Source of the DNA: Escherichia coli
GTDB lineage: Bacteria > Pseudomonadota > Gammaproteobacteria > Enterobacterales > Enterobacteriaceae
Assembly (NCBI RefSeq): GCF_003018115.1
Contig: NZ_CP027457.1
Direction: 5' to 3' (one strand)
Length of the DNA: 64,000 nucleotides
This document shows, one piece after another, positions 29,336 through 41,198 of this stretch; positions within the stretch are counted from its first letter, which is position 1, and each line of letters opens with the position of its first letter. The notes beneath the pieces are model-generated. The model had not been told where the DNA came from and did no database searches. It worked only from the letters and a program-made list of their open reading frames with translations. Made by a program: the position numbers and the translations under genes.

Positions 29336-31003
29336 TTATTGCAAACGTTCTAATAAACGAGCCAGTTTTTTATTGCCGCCGGCGACTGGCGACCATTGGT
29401 AATGCACAACCGGTTTGCTGGCGCTTTGTAGCTCCAGCGCAAAACTGCGTAATCCGATGTTAATCACGGCGACGTTTTCCAGTAATGACGGTGTGTGTTG
29501 CTGTGCGGCAGGCGAGAGCGGATGAATTAACGCTGCCGCCAGCAAGGTGGCTTCCGGTAGCGAACTCACGACCGCAATCCCCGCATCTTCCAGCGTGGCG
29601 ATTTGCTGCGAGCGGCATTGCGGGTCACGTTCGGTACCTGTCACCGTGGCAATGGCGTACAGCGGTTGGCTGTCTGAACGCGCGGCACAGGCTTTTTGCC
29701 AGGCGCTCACCAGCGAGGCGGCAGGATCGGCGGTCGCGCCGAAGCCAATCACGACATCAAGTAGCAATACGCGCACTGACGGTTTAGCGCCGAGATCGGC
29801 AATTAACTGGTTGCGTAAGGTTGGGTCGATCATCGGATGGGGACGCCCGACGGTGTAGAAATCATCGCCGAGGTCAATAATCTGGTGACCATCGGCGTCG
29901 AGCATCATGCCGTGATGATGGGCATCATCGGCTTCCACGCCAAGGTGTCCGGCAAGTAATCCCGCCGCTTCGGCAGCCAGCGTACCGCCGGTATACAAAC
30001 CGCAAATAAATCCGCTGCTGGCAGGCGTTATCGCGTTACGTCGCGCCGTAACGCGTGAAAGCAGGCAAGCCAGGCGTGCGGCCTCATCCAGCGAGGAGGC
30101 AAACCAGACATTCTCGTCGCGGGCCACCGCCGGGGTATAACCTAAAAACAGCGCCACCGTCGGTTTGCCGGTTGCTTTCATGGCATTAACAATTTTCAGA
30201 CGCACCGCTTCGGCAGGTGGTTTTGAAACAAATGCCAGCACTTCGCTTTTCTCGTCTGCACTGAGCATTTCCAGCGCCGTCAGCGCACTGATGCCGCCCA
30301 CTTCACGGCTGAGGTCGCGGCCGCCAAGGCCAATCGCGTGAGTAATTCCCTCCCCTGCCAGCGCAATCTGCGAGCACAGCTCCTGAATCCCGGTACCGGA
30401 AGCGCCAATGACACCAATGTTGCCTTCCGGCATCACGTTAGCAAAAGCCAGCGGCGTGCCGGCAATCATCGACGTACCGCAGTCCGGCCCCATCACCAGC
30501 AAGCCTTTTTCCCGCGCGCGGGTTTTAAGTTGGATTTCATCTTCCAGCGTGACGTTATCGGAGAACATCATCACGTTGAGGTTGCGATCCAGCGCCTGAT
30601 TCGCCAGCTCCGCCGCATACTCGCCAGCCACTGAAATCAGCGCCAGATTGGCATCGGGTAATTTCTGACAGGCACTGTCCCAGCGACGCACCTGCGTCAA
30701 CGCCTGGCTGCTGCCTGACCCCTGCGCCAGTTGTTTTAGCGCCTCTTCAAGCTGCTGCATAATCGCCTGCGCGATCCCCGCATCCGCCGCTTCGCTACGA
30801 ATTGCCACGCAAATATCGTTCGGCGTGGCGTTATTAAAATCGTCATGCCAGAAACCTGTGGTATCTAATAACGCTTTATTGGCGGGCGTACCCATCATTA
30901 CGGAAACATCATCAACATTTTCTGATTCGCTGAGTTTTCGTGAAATAATCATTAAACTGACCGAATCCTGAAAACACCCTTTTTTAATAAAGGCGTGGAT
31001 CAT
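29336..31003 (-). CDS. fdrA: FdrA (succinyl-CoA synthetase alpha-like CoA-binding protein)
   Basis: 555-aa protein with CoA-binding/ligase-like domains. Confidence 0.9.
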   Translation of the reverse strand: MIHAFIKKGCFQDSVSLMIISRKLSESENVDDVSVMMGTPANKALLDTTGFWHDDFNNATPNDICVAIRSEAADAGIAQAIMQQLEEALKQLAQGSGSSQALTQVRRWDSACQKLPDANLALISVAGEYAAELANQALDRNLNVMMFSDNVTLEDEIQLKTRAREKGLLVMGPDCGTSMIAGTPLAFANVMPEGNIGVIGASGTGIQELCSQIALAGEGITHAIGLGGRDLSREVGGISALTALEMLSADEKSEVLAFVSKPPAEAVRLKIVNAMKATGKPTVALFLGYTPAVARDENVWFASSLDEAARLACLLSRVTARRNAITPASSGFICGLYTGGTLAAEAAGLLAGHLGVEADDAHHHGMMLDADGHQIIDLGDDFYTVGRPHPMIDPTLRNQLIADLGAKPSVRVLLLDVVIGFGATADPAASLVSAWQKACAARSDSQPLYAIATVTGTERDPQCRSQQIATLEDAGIAVVSSLPEATLLAAALIHPLSPAAQQHTPSLLENVAVINIGLRSFALELQSASKPVVHYQWSPVAGGNKKLARLLERLQ

Positions 31004-31319
31004 AACAACTCCTTAAAAATTGCACCCATGGCAATTGCACGAGCAGTGTTAATGTGGCGATTACGGTATCGATGACAACGAGTAAATAAGGTGATGAATA
31101 TCACACAGGGATTATTAACAAAAGAATTCAAATAACCGCCAGACTATTACGAGTTATTTTTTAATAAGCATGGTTGTTTTAAAAACCAGGTTAAAAGCGC
31201 GAAGATTATCAAATAAATTCTAACTATATTTTTTTGCCTGTCTGGATCACATAATCCAGATATTTTCCCTGTATGTTAATTGCAGTCATGCTTCACACCG
31301 TCGTTAAAAAGGAAGACAG

Positions 31320-32369
31320 ATGAAAATCAGTCGGGAAACACTCCACCAGCTAATTGAGAATAAACTCTGCCAGGCTGGGTTAAAACGTGAGCACGCTGCA
31401 ACCGTGGCTGAAGTATTGGTGTACGCCGATGCCAGAGGGATCCACTCTCATGGCGCGGTGCGCGTGGAATACTACGCGGAACGCATTTCAAAAGGCGGCA
31501 CCAACCGCGAACCGGAGTTTCGTCTTGAGGAAACCGGGCCGTGCTCGGCAATTTTACATGCCGACAATGCCGCCGGACAGGTCGCGGCGAAAATGGGTAT
31601 GGAACATGCCATCAAAACCGCCCAGCAAAATGGCGTTGCGGTGGTCGGTATCAGCCGGATGGGTCACAGCGGCGCAATCTCTTATTTTGTGCAGCAGGCA
31701 GCCCGCGCCGGATTAATTGGCATTTCGATGTGCCAGTCCGATCCAATGGTGGTGCCGTTTGGCGGCGCGGAAATTTACTACGGTACTAACCCACTGGCCT
31801 TTGCCGCGCCGGGAGAAGGCGACGAGATCCTTACCTTTGATATGGCGACTACCGTACAGGCATGGGGAAAAGTGCTCGACGCCCGCTCGCGTAATATGTC
31901 TATCCCGGATACCTGGGCGGTCGATAAAAACGGTGCACCAACAACCGATCCGTTCGCGGTACATGCTCTGCTCCCCGCCGCTGGGCCGAAAGGGTATGGC
32001 CTGATGATGATGATTGACGTCCTCTCAGGCGTCTTACTCGGCTTACCGTTCGGGCGACAGGTTAGTTCGATGTATGACGATTTACACGCCGGGCGTAATT
32101 TGGGGCAATTACATGTAGTTATTAACCCGAACTTTTTCTCCTCCAGCGAATTATTCCGTCAACATCTTAGCCAGACCATGCGCGAATTAAATGCCATTAC
32201 CCCCGCGCCCAGTTTAAATCAGGTTTATTATCCCGGACAGGATCAGGATATTAAACAACGCAAAGCCGCCGTCGAAGGCATCGAAATTGTTGATGATATT
32301 TACCAGTATTTAATTTCCGACGCGCTTTATAACACGTCATACGAAACGAAAAATCCCTTTGCGCAATAA
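31320..32369 (+). CDS. allD: Ureidoglycolate dehydrogenase
   Basis: 349-aa Ldh_2-family protein; position in the allantoin cluster. Confidence 0.95.
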   Translation: MKISRETLHQLIENKLCQAGLKREHAATVAEVLVYADARGIHSHGAVRVEYYAERISKGGTNREPEFRLEETGPCSAILHADNAAGQVAAKMGMEHAIKTAQQNGVAVVGISRMGHSGAISYFVQQAARAGLIGISMCQSDPMVVPFGGAEIYYGTNPLAFAAPGEGDEILTFDMATTVQAWGKVLDARSRNMSIPDTWAVDKNGAPTTDPFAVHALLPAAGPKGYGLMMMIDVLSGVLLGLPFGRQVSSMYDDLHAGRNLGQLHVVINPNFFSSSELFRQHLSQTMRELNAITPAPSLNQVYYPGQDQDIKQRKAAVEGIEIVDDIYQYLISDALYNTSYETKNPFAQ

Positions 32370-32390
32370 TTATTGAGACAGGACTTTCTT

Positions 32391-33626
32391 ATGATTACAC
32401 ATTTTCGTCAAGCCATAGAAGAAGCGCTGCCCTGGCTTTCCTCATTTGGCGCTGACCCAACGGGTGGGATGACCCGTTTACTTTATTCGCCGGAATGGCT
32501 GGAAACCCAGCAGCAATTTAAAAAAAGAATGGGCGCAAGTGGGCTGGAAACACGTTTCGATGAAGTGGGGAATTTATACGGTCGCCTGAGTGGCACCGAA
32601 TATCCACAGGAAGTGGTTCTGAGCGGTTCGCATATCGATACCGTGGTTAACGGCGGTAACCTCGACGGGCAATTCGGCGCGCTGGCGGCGTGGCTGGCAA
32701 TTGACTGGCTGAAAACGCAATACGGCGCACCGCTGCGTACGGTTGAAGTGGTGGCGATGGCGGAAGAAGAAGGCAGCCGCTTCCCGTATGTTTTCTGGGG
32801 CAGTAAAAATATCTTTGGACTGGCGAATCCTGACGACGTGCGGAATATCTGTGATGCCAAAGGAAATAGTTTTGTCGATGCGATGAAGGCTTGCGGATTT
32901 ACTCTGCCGGACGCCCCGCTAACTCCGCGTCAGGATATTAAAGCCTTTGTCGAACTGCATATCGAACAGGGCTGTGTGCTGGAAAGTAATGGGCAATCAA
33001 TTGGCGTGGTGAATGCAATTGTCGGGCAACGTCGCTATACGGTGACGCTGAACGGCGAATCAAACCATGCAGGCACCACGCCGATGGGTTATCGTCGTGA
33101 TACGGTTTACGCTTTCAGTCGCATTTGCCATCAGTCGATCGAAAAAGCGAAAAAGATGGGCGACCCGCTGGTGCTGACCTTTGGTAAGGTGGAGCCGCGC
33201 CCGAATACGGTGAATGTGGTGCCGGGTAAAACCACGTTCACCATTGATTGTCGTCATACCGACGCCGCCGTGCTGCGTGATTTCACCCAACAGTTAGAAA
33301 ACGACATGCGGGCGATTTGCGATGAAATGGACATTGGTATTGATATCGATTTATGGATGGACGAAGAACCCGTGCCGATGAATAAGGACCTGGTCGCCAC
33401 CCTGACAGAATTGTGTGAAAGTGAAAAACTGAATTACCGGGTGATGCACAGTGGTGCCGGGCACGACGCGCAAATTTTCGCGCCTCGCGTGCCGACCTGC
33501 ATGATTTTCATTCCCAGCATCAACGGGATCAGCCATAACCCGGCGGAACGCACCAATATTACCGACCTTGCCGAAGGGGTCAAAACGTTGGCACTCATGC
33601 TTTATCAACTTGCCTGGCAGAAATAA
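32391..33626 (+). CDS. allC: Allantoate amidohydrolase (M20 peptidase family)
   Basis: Translation from MITHFRQAIEEALPWL... matches AllC as recalled. Confidence 0.9.
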   Translation: MITHFRQAIEEALPWLSSFGADPTGGMTRLLYSPEWLETQQQFKKRMGASGLETRFDEVGNLYGRLSGTEYPQEVVLSGSHIDTVVNGGNLDGQFGALAAWLAIDWLKTQYGAPLRTVEVVAMAEEEGSRFPYVFWGSKNIFGLANPDDVRNICDAKGNSFVDAMKACGFTLPDAPLTPRQDIKAFVELHIEQGCVLESNGQSIGVVNAIVGQRRYTVTLNGESNHAGTTPMGYRRDTVYAFSRICHQSIEKAKKMGDPLVLTFGKVEPRPNTVNVVPGKTTFTIDCRHTDAAVLRDFTQQLENDMRAICDEMDIGIDIDLWMDEEPVPMNKDLVATLTELCESEKLNYRVMHSGAGHDAQIFAPRVPTCMIFIPSINGISHNPAERTNITDLAEGVKTLALMLYQLAWQK

Positions 33627-33636
33627 GGAGTCATAA

Positions 33637-34422
33637 ATGGGATATTTAAATAACGTCACCGGTTACCGCGATGATTTACTGGCTAACCGTGCGATTGTGA
33701 AACACGGTAATTTCGCACTGTTAACACCAGACGGTCTGGTAAAAAATATTATTCCGGGCTTTGAAAATTGTGACGCGACAATCCTCTCCACGCCAAAGCT
33801 GGGTGCCTCTTTTGTTGATTATCTGGTCACACTGCATCAAAACGGTGGCAACCAACAGGGCTTCGGTGGCGAAGGCATTGAAACGTTCCTGTATGTGATC
33901 TCTGGAAATATCACTGCCAAAGCCGAAGGCAAAACATTTGCCTTAAGCGAAGGTGGCTATCTTTATTGCCCACCAGGCTCCTTAATGACGTTTGTTAACG
34001 CCCAGGCCGAAGACAGCCAAATCTTTTTATATAAGCGCCGCTATGTTCCGGTAGAAGGCCATGCACCGTGGCTGGTTTCTGGCAATGCCAGCGAACTGGA
34101 ACGCATTCTCTATGAAGGTATGGATGATGTGATCCTGCTGGATTTTCTGCCCAAAGAGTTAGGTTTTGATATGAACATGCATATCCTCTCTTTTGCACCA
34201 GGTGCCAGCCACGGTTATATCGAAACACATGTTCAGGAACACGGTGCCTATATTCTTTCCGGTCAGGGGGTTTATAACCTCGACAATAACTGGATCCCGG
34301 TGAAAAAAGGCGATTACATCTTTATGGGCGCTTATTCTTTACAGGCTGGTTATGGTGTAGGGCGTGGTGAAGCGTTCAGCTATATTTACTCGAAAGATTG
34401 CAACCGCGACGTAGAGATTTAA
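33637..34422 (+). CDS. allE: (S)-ureidoglycine aminohydrolase (bicupin)
   Basis: 261-aa cupin protein (ylbA) downstream of allC. Confidence 0.9.
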   Translation: MGYLNNVTGYRDDLLANRAIVKHGNFALLTPDGLVKNIIPGFENCDATILSTPKLGASFVDYLVTLHQNGGNQQGFGGEGIETFLYVISGNITAKAEGKTFALSEGGYLYCPPGSLMTFVNAQAEDSQIFLYKRRYVPVEGHAPWLVSGNASELERILYEGMDDVILLDFLPKELGFDMNMHILSFAPGASHGYIETHVQEHGAYILSGQGVYNLDNNWIPVKKGDYIFMGAYSLQAGYGVGRGEAFSYIYSKDCNRDVEI

Positions 34423-34464
34423 GTCATACCACTCGCCTGATTATTTTTAGCTATGTTGGATTTT

Positions 34465-34491
34465 GCCACGGTTTATACCGTGGCTTTTTTT
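34465..34491 (+). terminator. Rho-independent terminator after allE (GCCACGG-TTTATA-CCGTGGC then T7)
   Basis: GC-rich hairpin followed by TTTTTTT, read directly. Confidence 0.7.
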
Positions 34492-34499
34492 GTAACATT

Positions 34500-34605
34500 G
34501 CCTGATGCGCTTCGCTTATCAGGCCTACATGATCTCTGCAATATATAGAATTTGCGCGATTTTCAGGAAGGATATAGTACTCATGCCGCATCCGGCATGA
34601 GTACT
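34500..34605. repeat. REP-type palindromic elements, including the perfect 13-bp-arm palindrome AGTACTCATGCCG-CATC-CGGCATGAGTACT
   Basis: REP-like GCCTGATGCG...ATCAGGC unit and perfect inverted repeat between convergent allE and glxK. Confidence 0.55.
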
Positions 34606-34649
34606 GCGCTCTTATACGAAATAAATAGCATCCGCTTTAAAGGCAAGAG

Positions 34650-35795
34650 TCAGTTTTTAATTCCCTGACCTATTTTAATGGCGCAGGCAATATTTCGCGC
34701 GCTGTTGAAGAGATTGATTTCACCGCTGGCGAGCACTTCGGCTAAAGGTGCCAGACGTGGCAAAATGCTGAATACCGCATCAATGCCATACTGGTGCACC
34801 ACTTCCACGCCATCACCCAATACGCCAGCAATCCCAATCACCGGTACATTAAACTGCTTCGCCACCGACGCCACACCCAGCGGCGCTTTACCGCCTGCCG
34901 TTTGCGAGTCGATGCGCCCTTCCCCGGTAATCACCAGTGCTGCGCCCTGCACTGCCTGCGCAAGATTGACCGCATTCAACACAATCTCAATACCTGGTTT
35001 AATATCCGCATTGAGAAATACCGCCGCCGCAATACCCATACCGCCCGCAGCGCCGCCGCCCGCCATCTGACAGACATTAATTTCAGTTTGCTGTTGTAAA
35101 ACACGGGCGTAATTTTGCAGCCCCTGTTCCAGCTCTTCGACCATCTCCGGCGTTGCCCCTTTTTGCGGGCCAAACACCGCCGCCGCGCCGCGTGCCCCTA
35201 CCAGCGGGTTATCAACGTCACATGCTACTTCAATATGGCAGTTCGCCAGACGCGGATCGCATTCCTCCATCTCAATGCTTGCCACGCGCGCTAAATTGCC
35301 GCCGTTAGCTGCCAGCACCTGACCGTCGGCATCGAGAAAACGCACACCAAGCGCCTGCGCCATGCCCATACCGCCGTCGACCGTCGCACTGCCGCCAATG
35401 CCGAGAATAATATGGCGAATGTCGTTATCCAGCGCATGCCGAATTAACTCCCCCGTACCAAAACTGGAGGCCAGCAACGGATTACGCTTTTCAGGCGCGA
35501 CCAGCATCAGGCCACTTGCTGCCGCCATCTCAATCACCGCTGTTTTCCCGTCGCCGGTAAGGCCATAAAAAGCATTCACTTTTTCGCCCATCGGCCCGCA
35601 GGCTTCAAGCGTCACGATGTTACCACCCGTCGCGGCGACCATCGCATCCACCGTCCCTTCGCCGCCATCCGCTATCGGCAAACAGATATAGTTCGCATCG
35701 GGAAAGAGGGTCGAAAACCCGGCTTTAATTGCCTGACAACATTTTTCTGCACTTAAGCTCTCTTTAAAAGAGTCTGGCGCAATGACAATCTTCAT
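34650..35795 (-). CDS. glxK: Glycerate 2-kinase
   Basis: Translation from [16 protein letters not shown]... is glycerate-kinase family. Confidence 0.92.
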   Translation of the reverse strand: MKIVIAPDSFKESLSAEKCCQAIKAGFSTLFPDANYICLPIADGGEGTVDAMVAATGGNIVTLEACGPMGEKVNAFYGLTGDGKTAVIEMAAASGLMLVAPEKRNPLLASSFGTGELIRHALDNDIRHIILGIGGSATVDGGMGMAQALGVRFLDADGQVLAANGGNLARVASIEMEECDPRLANCHIEVACDVDNPLVGARGAAAVFGPQKGATPEMVEELEQGLQNYARVLQQQTEINVCQMAGGGAAGGMGIAAAVFLNADIKPGIEIVLNAVNLAQAVQGAALVITGEGRIDSQTAGGKAPLGVASVAKQFNVPVIGIAGVLGDGVEVVHQYGIDAVFSILPRLAPLAEVLASGEINLFNSARNIACAIKIGQGIKN

Positions 35796-35817
35796 TATCA
35801 ATCCTTTTTTCAACAAA

Positions 35818-37125
35818 TTATTCGATGCGTTCCCACGGAATAAGGTTATCCATAAGAACAGCCAGTAAAATCCCGACCAATAAGCCGTTACTGAGCAGAG
35901 GACGAAGCGTTAATGGAAGGTCTTGCAGATACACAGGCGGTAATGCCATTAAAAATATGCCGACAAATAACGGCAATGCGAGTCGATAAATATTGCGAGC
36001 GGTAAACGTTATTTGCTGGCTAAACACCAGCGCGGAAAAGAGTAAAGGCAGATAAGAAACCAGCATGACCGCACTACTCACGGGTAAAGGGATACTGCAA
36101 AACAGTCGCGTGAGTGCAGGAACCAGCGCCACCAGCAGGCAAATAACGCTGCCATAAATAAACGAACGCCGCGTGTAATCGCCAGTCTGGGTTAATAAAC
36201 CAATGGATGAAACAAACGGTGAAAATGGAATTACCGCCAGCGGTACGGTTATCAGCGTCATAAATCCGGTCGCCACAAAGCTGCGACGATAACGCGTATT
36301 CCCCGCGCCCTGCTGCGGATAAAACACATCCGTGCCCCGAATCGCACCGTAGGTATTGCTGATATTCACCAGACCTGTAATCACCGCCGTCAGAATAATC
36401 CCCGGAGACAAAGCACCGCCACTGCCGAGCGGGAACCACTGCCAGTGCAACTCACCGGAGAGCGAATGCGAAGAAGGAAAGCAAAAGTACCACAACAACC
36501 AGCCGGTTATGGTGCCGACCAGCAGGCCATAACGGGCAAAACGTTGCGGCAGGAAAATAATCATCGCCAGTACCAGGCACATCACCGCCACCGAGAGCGC
36601 GAACGGCGGTAACTGAATTTTAAAATTCGGGTCGGCTATGCCAAACGGCAGCCCGAGCATACCTTTGAAAAAGATAGTGGTCAGCTGCGCGCCCAGCATC
36701 AACATAAACAAGACCATCACCGACGGCGTAAATAACCGTGCCAGGCGATGGCCTAATCCGCTAAAACCAATCAACATCGTCAGCACGCCGGAGAGTGCAA
36801 TCCCCACCGCCAGACTGGTAGCGATATCGTTGATCGGTGTCTCGCGCGATGCTTCGCCAAGGGTGATAGTTAGGATGGTTCCCCACCACAGGCCCCCCGG
36901 CCCTTCCATAATAGCGCGACGATGGCCACAGAACGCCTGAGCGAAGCAGGCCAGTGCGGTAGCAAGAAAAGCATATTGTGTGAGTGTAAGCAGGCTACTT
37001 TGCGGCAACTGAAAAGCAGAAAGTAGCGTAGGAGGAACCACAACCGTGTTGCAAAAAATAAAGAAAAACCACTGAAATCCTGATAACAGGCTTTCGCGGC
37101 TGACTGCAAAATTGAACATAAACAC
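35818..37125 (-). CDS. ybbY: Putative purine/allantoin-pathway permease (NCS2-like), YbbY
   Basis: 435-aa polytopic membrane protein between allB and glxK. Confidence 0.85.
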   Translation of the reverse strand: MFMFNFAVSRESLLSGFQWFFFIFCNTVVVPPTLLSAFQLPQSSLLTLTQYAFLATALACFAQAFCGHRRAIMEGPGGLWWGTILTITLGEASRETPINDIATSLAVGIALSGVLTMLIGFSGLGHRLARLFTPSVMVLFMLMLGAQLTTIFFKGMLGLPFGIADPNFKIQLPPFALSVAVMCLVLAMIIFLPQRFARYGLLVGTITGWLLWYFCFPSSHSLSGELHWQWFPLGSGGALSPGIILTAVITGLVNISNTYGAIRGTDVFYPQQGAGNTRYRRSFVATGFMTLITVPLAVIPFSPFVSSIGLLTQTGDYTRRSFIYGSVICLLVALVPALTRLFCSIPLPVSSAVMLVSYLPLLFSALVFSQQITFTARNIYRLALPLFVGIFLMALPPVYLQDLPLTLRPLLSNGLLVGILLAVLMDNLIPWERIE

Positions 37126-37175
37126 ACCTTAACCGGAGAATGCCCGCCGCAAGGACGGGCATTGCAGGGGCCAGA

Positions 37176-38537
37176 TTACTGCTGATGTTTAAGGATAAAT
37201 TGACCTTTCGGCGCAACAGGGAAGCCCTGTTCAATGTCGTAAATCACATCACCACGTAAGATGGTTTTCGTGATACGCGCGCCAATGGTACGGCCAACAT
37301 ACGGGCTGACTTTGTGGCGATATTCCAGATCGTCATTGGTAAGAACATAGCTGCTATTCGGCTGAATGAAGACGAAGTCGGCATCTTTTCCTGGGGCGAT
37401 ACGGCCTTTTTGCTGCAGACCGAAAATATCTGCTGCGTTAGTCGCCATTAATTTGCCGAACATTGGCAGAGACATTCCGCGTTTCTGTACCGCTTCATCG
37501 AACATCACGTCCATACAGTTTTGCAGACCGGCAATACCGCCCCATGCTTCCATGATGTTGCCGGCTTTCATTTCCGGAGGGCATGGTGAGTGGTCGGAAA
37601 CCAGGCAGTCGATTTCACCGTTAAACAGTTTTTCCCACATGCCTTTCTGGTTTTCCAGATCGCGGATCGGCGGTGAACACTTCGCCAGAGTACCGATTTC
37701 TTCGAACTGATCGGTATCCAGTACAAAGTAATGCGGGCAGGATTCACAAGTAACGTCCTGACCTTCCTGACGTGCACGAGTCACTTCCTCAACACCTTCC
37801 GGGCTGCTGATATGGCAAACGTGCAGACGGCAACCGGCAACTTTCGCCAGATACAGCACGCGGCGAATCGCTTCCACTTCGGTAAATACCGGACGCGAAG
37901 CCACATAGTCATGGGCAGTTACGCGACCTTCACGTTTCGCTTCTTCGCCCAGTGCGTCACAGATCAGCGCGTTTTCGCAGTGCACCAGCACCGGCTGCCC
38001 CAGTTCGCCCAGCTTCTGCGCGCCTTTGAAGAACTGCCAGTCGTTTACATCACGGAAGTCGTTGTCGATACCGCGATCGCCACAGGTCGCAACGAAGCAT
38101 TTGAAGCCGACAACGCCCACTTCATCCAGCTCATGCAGACGGTCGATGTTGTAAGACACCAGGCCACCGAGTTGTGCCGCATCGATAGTCAGCTTGCCTT
38201 TAGCGGCATCGAACTTCAGTTCAATTGAAGCGCGGTCAACCGTTGCAGGCAGCTGGTTGAGCGGCATTTCGATCATGGTGGTGATACCACCTTTTGCCGC
38301 TGCGCGAGTACCGGTTTCATAACCTTCCCAGTGGCTACGACCCGGTTCAGAAATATGGGTGTGCGCATCAACCATGCCCGGCGAAACCACCAGACCAGAC
38401 GCATCCATAACTTCTTTTGCATCGCCCAGATCCTGACCGATAGCAGCAATTTTCCCGCCTTTAACGGCGATATCTACAACGCGAGCTTCGTTTTCTAAAA
38501 TAACGGTGCCGTTTTTAATGATTAAATCAAAAGACAT
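37176..38537 (-). CDS. allB: Allantoinase
   Basis: 453-aa amidohydrolase with metal-binding HxH motif ([10 protein letters not shown]). Confidence 0.95.
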   Translation of the reverse strand: MSFDLIIKNGTVILENEARVVDIAVKGGKIAAIGQDLGDAKEVMDASGLVVSPGMVDAHTHISEPGRSHWEGYETGTRAAAKGGITTMIEMPLNQLPATVDRASIELKFDAAKGKLTIDAAQLGGLVSYNIDRLHELDEVGVVGFKCFVATCGDRGIDNDFRDVNDWQFFKGAQKLGELGQPVLVHCENALICDALGEEAKREGRVTAHDYVASRPVFTEVEAIRRVLYLAKVAGCRLHVCHISSPEGVEEVTRARQEGQDVTCESCPHYFVLDTDQFEEIGTLAKCSPPIRDLENQKGMWEKLFNGEIDCLVSDHSPCPPEMKAGNIMEAWGGIAGLQNCMDVMFDEAVQKRGMSLPMFGKLMATNAADIFGLQQKGRIAPGKDADFVFIQPNSSYVLTNDDLEYRHKVSPYVGRTIGARITKTILRGDVIYDIEQGFPVAPKGQFILKHQQ

Positions 38538-38596
38538 AACAAACTCCTTGTAAAATACAGATTGGTTTTTAACTCAATGTTCAATATCGGGATTAA

Positions 38597-40051
38597 TTAA
38601 CCTATGGTTTTTTGCTCTCCTGTTTTTTCTGCTGTTGTACGTTTCTTTAATAAGGCGTAGGCCGCAAAGGCGACGATGACGCCGACAAACCATGAAACAC
38701 GCGATAACGGTTCCATTAAGGGAATAAACTTACCGCCAAGAGATAAAATAACGGCGACCAGAGTTACTGAAAACGCGGTGAGGTTAAAACCGTTATCGTA
38801 ATATTTATAATCGCCTGGTGCGGTGTACAGTTCATCAAGATTAATTTGCCCACGCATCACCACAAAATAATGCGCCATCATGACACCAATTACCGGACCC
38901 AGCATTCCGCCGATGATATCGAGGAACAGATAAATACTGTCCTGATTTTCCATTAATTTCCACGGGCAGATCAGCAGGCTGATAATACTGGCAATCAGTA
39001 CGCCGTTTTTATAGGTCAGTTTCGTCGGTGCAATAGCGGCAATCTGATAACCGGCCGGAATAATATTACCGGTGGCGTTAGTGGAAATGGTCGTCATCAG
39101 AATAACCAGTACCGCAAAGAACGAGGCAAACAGGCTGTCCCAACGCTGAACAATATCCAGCACGTTCCAGGTGTCAGCGCCGTAGTGAATACTGGCTCCG
39201 GCAATAATACATACCCCGGCGACCGCAAACAGAATATAGGCCACAACTAAACCCAGCGTTTGCCCCAGCGCTTGCTCACGAAACGAGTGGGCGTTTTGCG
39301 TAAAGTCGGATGCGCTCACCGCCGGTGCCGCCCAGACCGCAACTACCGCGTTAATCACCACCAGGAACAAGAATCCACTGTTTTCTGCTTTCTGAATACC
39401 GCTCGGAATGTAGTCAAAGATTGGACCGAGCCCGACCAGCGAAATCGCCCAAATCGCCATACCGCCGAAAACGATATAGATGCACGGGTTAAGAATGGCA
39501 GTGAATTTATTTAAAACTTTGCCACCGCCAAAACCTATACCAACGTTGACCAGCCAGAAGAGTAAGAAAGTAATTAAGCCCGGTAGAGAAAGGCCTAACA
39601 GAGTGAAATCACCACCGAGAGTCAAAAATCCCGGCCAGATTTTGCCAATCAGAATCAAGCAGGCCAGTGACCCTGCGTAACATTGCAGGCCAAACCACAT
39701 AATGGCAGCAATACCGCCTCTTAATAATCCGGGAAACAGTGCGCCACGTACGCCGTAAGAAGCACGCAGGATCATGGCAAACGGTACGCCGTATTTACTG
39801 CCCGCAGCACCGTTTAATACCATTACCGCGGCAATGAAAAAGGCGCTGAGGATAATTGCCAGCATAATACTAAAGGTAGACAAGCCGAGAATAAAAAAGC
39901 CGCCGACCATCACATAATTGGGAACGTTATGAACCGAACCCATCCATAAGGTAAAGTAGTTAAATGTTTTCCAGGTCCGCTGGCTTTGCGTTTTCGGCAA
40001 TAGATCTTCGCTATAGCCGCGTTGCTGAAATAGTTTTCTCTGATGTTCCAT
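38597..40051 (-). CDS. ybbW: Allantoin permease (NCS1 family)
   Basis: 484-aa polytopic transporter. Confidence 0.9.
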   Translation of the reverse strand: MEHQRKLFQQRGYSEDLLPKTQSQRTWKTFNYFTLWMGSVHNVPNYVMVGGFFILGLSTFSIMLAIILSAFFIAAVMVLNGAAGSKYGVPFAMILRASYGVRGALFPGLLRGGIAAIMWFGLQCYAGSLACLILIGKIWPGFLTLGGDFTLLGLSLPGLITFLLFWLVNVGIGFGGGKVLNKFTAILNPCIYIVFGGMAIWAISLVGLGPIFDYIPSGIQKAENSGFLFLVVINAVVAVWAAPAVSASDFTQNAHSFREQALGQTLGLVVAYILFAVAGVCIIAGASIHYGADTWNVLDIVQRWDSLFASFFAVLVILMTTISTNATGNIIPAGYQIAAIAPTKLTYKNGVLIASIISLLICPWKLMENQDSIYLFLDIIGGMLGPVIGVMMAHYFVVMRGQINLDELYTAPGDYKYYDNGFNLTAFSVTLVAVILSLGGKFIPLMEPLSRVSWFVGVIVAFAAYALLKKRTTAEKTGEQKTIG

Positions 40052-40220
40052 AAATCCCTCTTAATTTCACGTATCGAATAACGTTGTTTTAATCTAGCTA
40101 TGAGGAACAAATAAAATAAAAAATATTATTTTTAATACTGAAGCAACATCTTTGGCTGCTTTCTTTTTTAATATTGCTGGCCGATTCATTTTCTGATATC
40201 GGCCATTTTTATTGCGGGTA

Positions 40221-41099
40221 TCAGGCCAGTTTATGGTTAGCCATTAATTCCAGCGCCTGCACTAACGCAGAGTGATCCAACTGGCTGCCACCGTTTGCCG
40301 CGCAGGTATTAAATAACTCCTGGCAGGTCGCAGTGTTTGGCAGGTTCAGCGCAAGTGCTTTCGCACTTTGCAGTGCCAGGTTGAGATCTTTCTGGTGCAG
40401 CGCAATTTTGAAACCTGGATTAAAGGTGCGTTTAATCATGCGCTCACCGTGAACTTCCAGAATACGTGAGGAAGCAAAGCCGCCCATCAGCGCCTGGCGC
40501 ACACGTACCGGGTCTGCACCGGCTTTTGAAGCAAACAGCAGAGCTTCAGAGACCGCTTCAATATTGAGCGCTACGATAATCTGATTTGCCACTTTGCAGG
40601 TTTGACCGTCGCCGTTACCGCCCACAAGGGTGATATTTTTACCGAGCAGTTCAAACAGCGGTTTAACACGTTCAAATACCGCTTCGTCACCGCCAACCAT
40701 AATTGACAACGTCCCTTCACGCGCGCCGATTTCACCGCCGGAGACTGGCGCATCGAGATAATCACCGCCCAGTTCATTCACCTGACGAGCGAAACGTTTA
40801 GTTTCAATCGGGGAAATGGAGCTCATATCAACAATGGTTTTGCCCTTCAGCGAGGCTTTGGTACAACCATTTTCACCGAACAGAACTTCTTCAACCTGTG
40901 GTGTATCCGGCACCATAATAAAAATGATGTCCGATGCTTCCGTTACCTGGTGCGCAGTTTCAACACTGACGGCACCCAGTGACAGTAATTCATCAGCAAC
41001 CGGACCAATGGTTGTGACATGCAGTTGATGACCGGCACGCGCCAGATTAATGGCCATCGGTGTACCCATAATGCCTAAGCCAATAAATCCCAGTTTCAT
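40221..41099 (-). CDS. glxR: Tartronate semialdehyde reductase
   Basis: 292-aa protein with N-terminal Rossmann motif (MKLGFIGLGIMGTPMA), 3-hydroxyisobutyrate dehydrogenase family. Confidence 0.95.
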   Translation of the reverse strand: MKLGFIGLGIMGTPMAINLARAGHQLHVTTIGPVADELLSLGAVSVETAHQVTEASDIIFIMVPDTPQVEEVLFGENGCTKASLKGKTIVDMSSISPIETKRFARQVNELGGDYLDAPVSGGEIGAREGTLSIMVGGDEAVFERVKPLFELLGKNITLVGGNGDGQTCKVANQIIVALNIEAVSEALLFASKAGADPVRVRQALMGGFASSRILEVHGERMIKRTFNPGFKIALHQKDLNLALQSAKALALNLPNTATCQELFNTCAANGGSQLDHSALVQALELMANHKLA

Positions 41100-41198
41100 A
41101 ATTAACCTCTTTTAAATTTCGCTTTTCCTGAATTCAGACAACACGATCCCCTGCCAACTTAGCGGCCTAAAAAAGCATTGCCTGAACAGCGTTACGTT

